Source of the DNA: an uncultured Alphaproteobacteria bacterium
GTDB taxonomy: Bacteria > Pseudomonadota > Alphaproteobacteria > CAAHEQ01 > UBA3637
Direction of reading: 5' to 3'
DNA length: 64,000 bases
Assembly (NCBI GenBank): GCA_944392555.1
Contig: CALXWZ010000004.1
Span: 26,525 to 90,524 of the forward strand
A model generated the notes under the pieces. The model saw only the letters and a list, made by a program, of their open reading frames with translations. It made no database searches and was not told the origin of the DNA. Below are positions 63,901-64,000 of this stretch, piece by piece (positions within the stretch are counted from its first letter, which is position 1; every line of letters begins with the position of its first letter). The position numbers and the translations under genes are program-made.

Positions 63901-64000
63901 ATTCGCGCTATAAAGATGTTCCTGTGACGGCGATTGTGGAAAGAAACATCTACTCTGAGCAAGGACGAAATATTTTGATACCGGCGGGTAGTCGTGTAAT
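57996..64000 (+). CDS. virB10: Giant VirB10/TrbI-family protein (over 2000 aa, partial at window end) with Ig-like domain and long Gly-rich beta repeats
   Basis: ATG at 57996 (MPENRRQ...), TM helix, many DGTVxDxxGxVIG units. In the same frame at 63843 onward: MSRMILQDKAIPAVIVRSIDS...VERNIYSEQGRNILIPAGSRV (TrbI domain). Absent from the ORF track, consistent with no stop before the window end. Confidence 0.85.
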   Translation, partial: MPENRRQSTSEQYIKKSNRKLLFGGILLLFVFLIALAFMSESRRRGGEESSINYVIEPIESTPTNTVEGDLFARGDAKLKLDPAQIDMDNVVIGSQVEAILTLTAENTPIQFLGMDLAEEQTDGFRLETTCSPDNPIEVGNTCIIKVLWNPVSLRQLQNNLTIRWKEYSQTAFREQTSVVQIKAQSTDSKDCVICENVNAQEVKEPRMAMGLNGELYEVDGEGYITLPDGTRLKVTENGVVTDDQGNIVAVVEPEYIALNMNNDLMGSISDTNEVIGANGEKFGRMLGDKTIVDPKLNVLGAGIPVVSVINAQGNVIGKMTKDGTVVDGQNKVVGKVWVDGQVFSLEGQPMGYVRPWGLVSDFTGKVIGAIIPDGTVIDGKNNTLGRIMPNGFAIGNQGDLIGATIPTGVGIGSGCQLAGKVLLNGDVKDSYDQTMGKVMPDGAIVNTDGEEQGAVIPQGLVINEKGKVVGFINSEGKAVNGKGAIIGCVNPDGTVVAGKKSVGAVMARGHVIGYGCQAVGSVFPNGEVYDNTLKSLGRVMPDRFVRNNENKIIGIVAARGAAVADGCRLLGLVSLTGQVLDMQNQPVGCMTPEKTVINSSGETIGSVAPKGSVYDQNGALLGRVGFDGKVRDKGGNVIGCVNPDGTVTDTSGKLIGEVSQHAPGVIVDGSGNPTGWSKVGNKIFDINGNEVGILNKDGVIVSETGKYVGFIPKDGHIFSPDGLILGRYSSKVGYAVNQNNERFAKILFDMTAISGDTGAIVGALIPDNTGFVDKNSGFLGQVQMDGTLRNKDGSVIGAIRADGTVIDKDGNVIGFKVVEGNVATGNGVVVGTVDATGAVLSEAKTEIGHILGNGLAVSSDGKKLIGGVVPQSALAMDARGLVGYLNAKGEVQGLSGEYVGKATPFGLVLADDGTVVAQLVRLGVFVDENGKTVGWTSLEGTLTGTDNKPAGKINVNGLAFDRMNNLLGSMVKRGMIIGKNGEFISSVAANNRVLQKDRLLGSATASPYIYTTDNVLLGRLLPAGVAVGNDGRLLGWTRGDGSIGTQSETVGAVLLDNRVVNTRGNILGYYIPLGSAAYDNEGKTVGIMSINGTIISAAGQARGELRGGNYVARNGEIIGRLVSDMPYVSNNLLGKTNGLAQMTGDVVTASNGKSVGNMMTNGTVINLARQIIGKMTIYGVPATNALSPIGQAYLNGEVVSRAKTEGVISGTQAIYNTENRIIGSVLPLETVIGKTGNIIGRPTGTRQIADRTGKQVAVQMTFGTVLMTDNSWVGGIMPNGTAVNDDGELIGTIAGDGVVLDKEELFAGRVLGDGSVATVADRELYNTMPYGGAVTAQGLPFSYRNRVLGTTSINGDVVDYAGAKTNRILDDGTILGKSEPLDGVVLPIVPAVNYNGDLLGTLNGKGQIVLPNGEVSGKVAVNETVKGAGEYEIIGTLIPNKTITNDCKVVGVPALNGQVIDARGTVIGRVTPDKWAVNAAGERIGRVTRVGIVVSPDGTYLGRTLPDSTVVDTEGISLGCARNDGTVVDNTGNIIGGVIERGPVLGKDGKPLGRVKANGTVVDARGNEIGKVRADGMVIDAAGNVIGHVVPRDREIIYDENGNIKGTFGADGTFYDPKTGKPVFRIDKDGNVYDAENNLIGRYKNGEFVDTKGNALDGMTVLLDKNGKAFGIVSGCDVLNSYGEKIGTILANGNVVDLNGSVFARILGDGTILQDGKVLGKVAGTNPRLDRCGIQTQDTPSVKQVGRLGADGYIYDENGNQIGRVDEDGNIYDKDGNLIGRVGEDGVIYDANNNPIGYIDENGNVHLYNGKELGDLSGGAGDSGIAGRAIYIGNQKYAVSDKGSIVNSDGTIIGYMGEDGKPYTLDNRVLTASGDVTGRSRPNVYRRPKVSQEQVEEMKNLLTQKRQSMRAGIKNVIKPDGRILAKGKRQQASDWGDEFKTVSSWPVDMSRMILQDKAIPAVIVRSIDSRYKDVPVTAIVERNIYSEQGRNILIPAGSRV

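Overview
Alphaproteobacterial chromosomal window with four zones. (1) About 1-11240 is the right part of an AT-rich integrated island. It carries two tandem amino-DNA methyltransferases, small mobile-element ORFs, a GHKL-ATPase/PD-(D/E)xK nuclease fusion, an HUH-motif protein, an N-terminally extended C5 methyltransferase and a NUDIX hydrolase. Three co-oriented copies of a 28-bp imperfect palindrome punctuate it. (2) 11340-12643 holds three tandem promoter + structured-RNA units with the architecture of the phage P1 C4 / P4 CI antisense system. Each has a different, perfectly covarying pair of specificity sequences and is followed by a small ORF. (3) 12732-45190 is core housekeeping: lepA, a degenerate sucCD, rho, rpsP-rimM-trmD-rplS, glgA-ddh, recJ, and the str/S10/spc/alpha ribosomal cluster lacking tuf and rpmD. 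One Cys-rich exported protein is embedded here. (4) 45647-64000 contains a Cys-rich prepilin-like protein and a chromosomal type IV secretion locus. That locus has six exported proteins followed by virB8-virB7-virB8-virB9(SPOR) and a giant repeat-filled VirB10 of over 2000 aa that runs off the window end. All calls come from motif recognition by eye; no searches were run.
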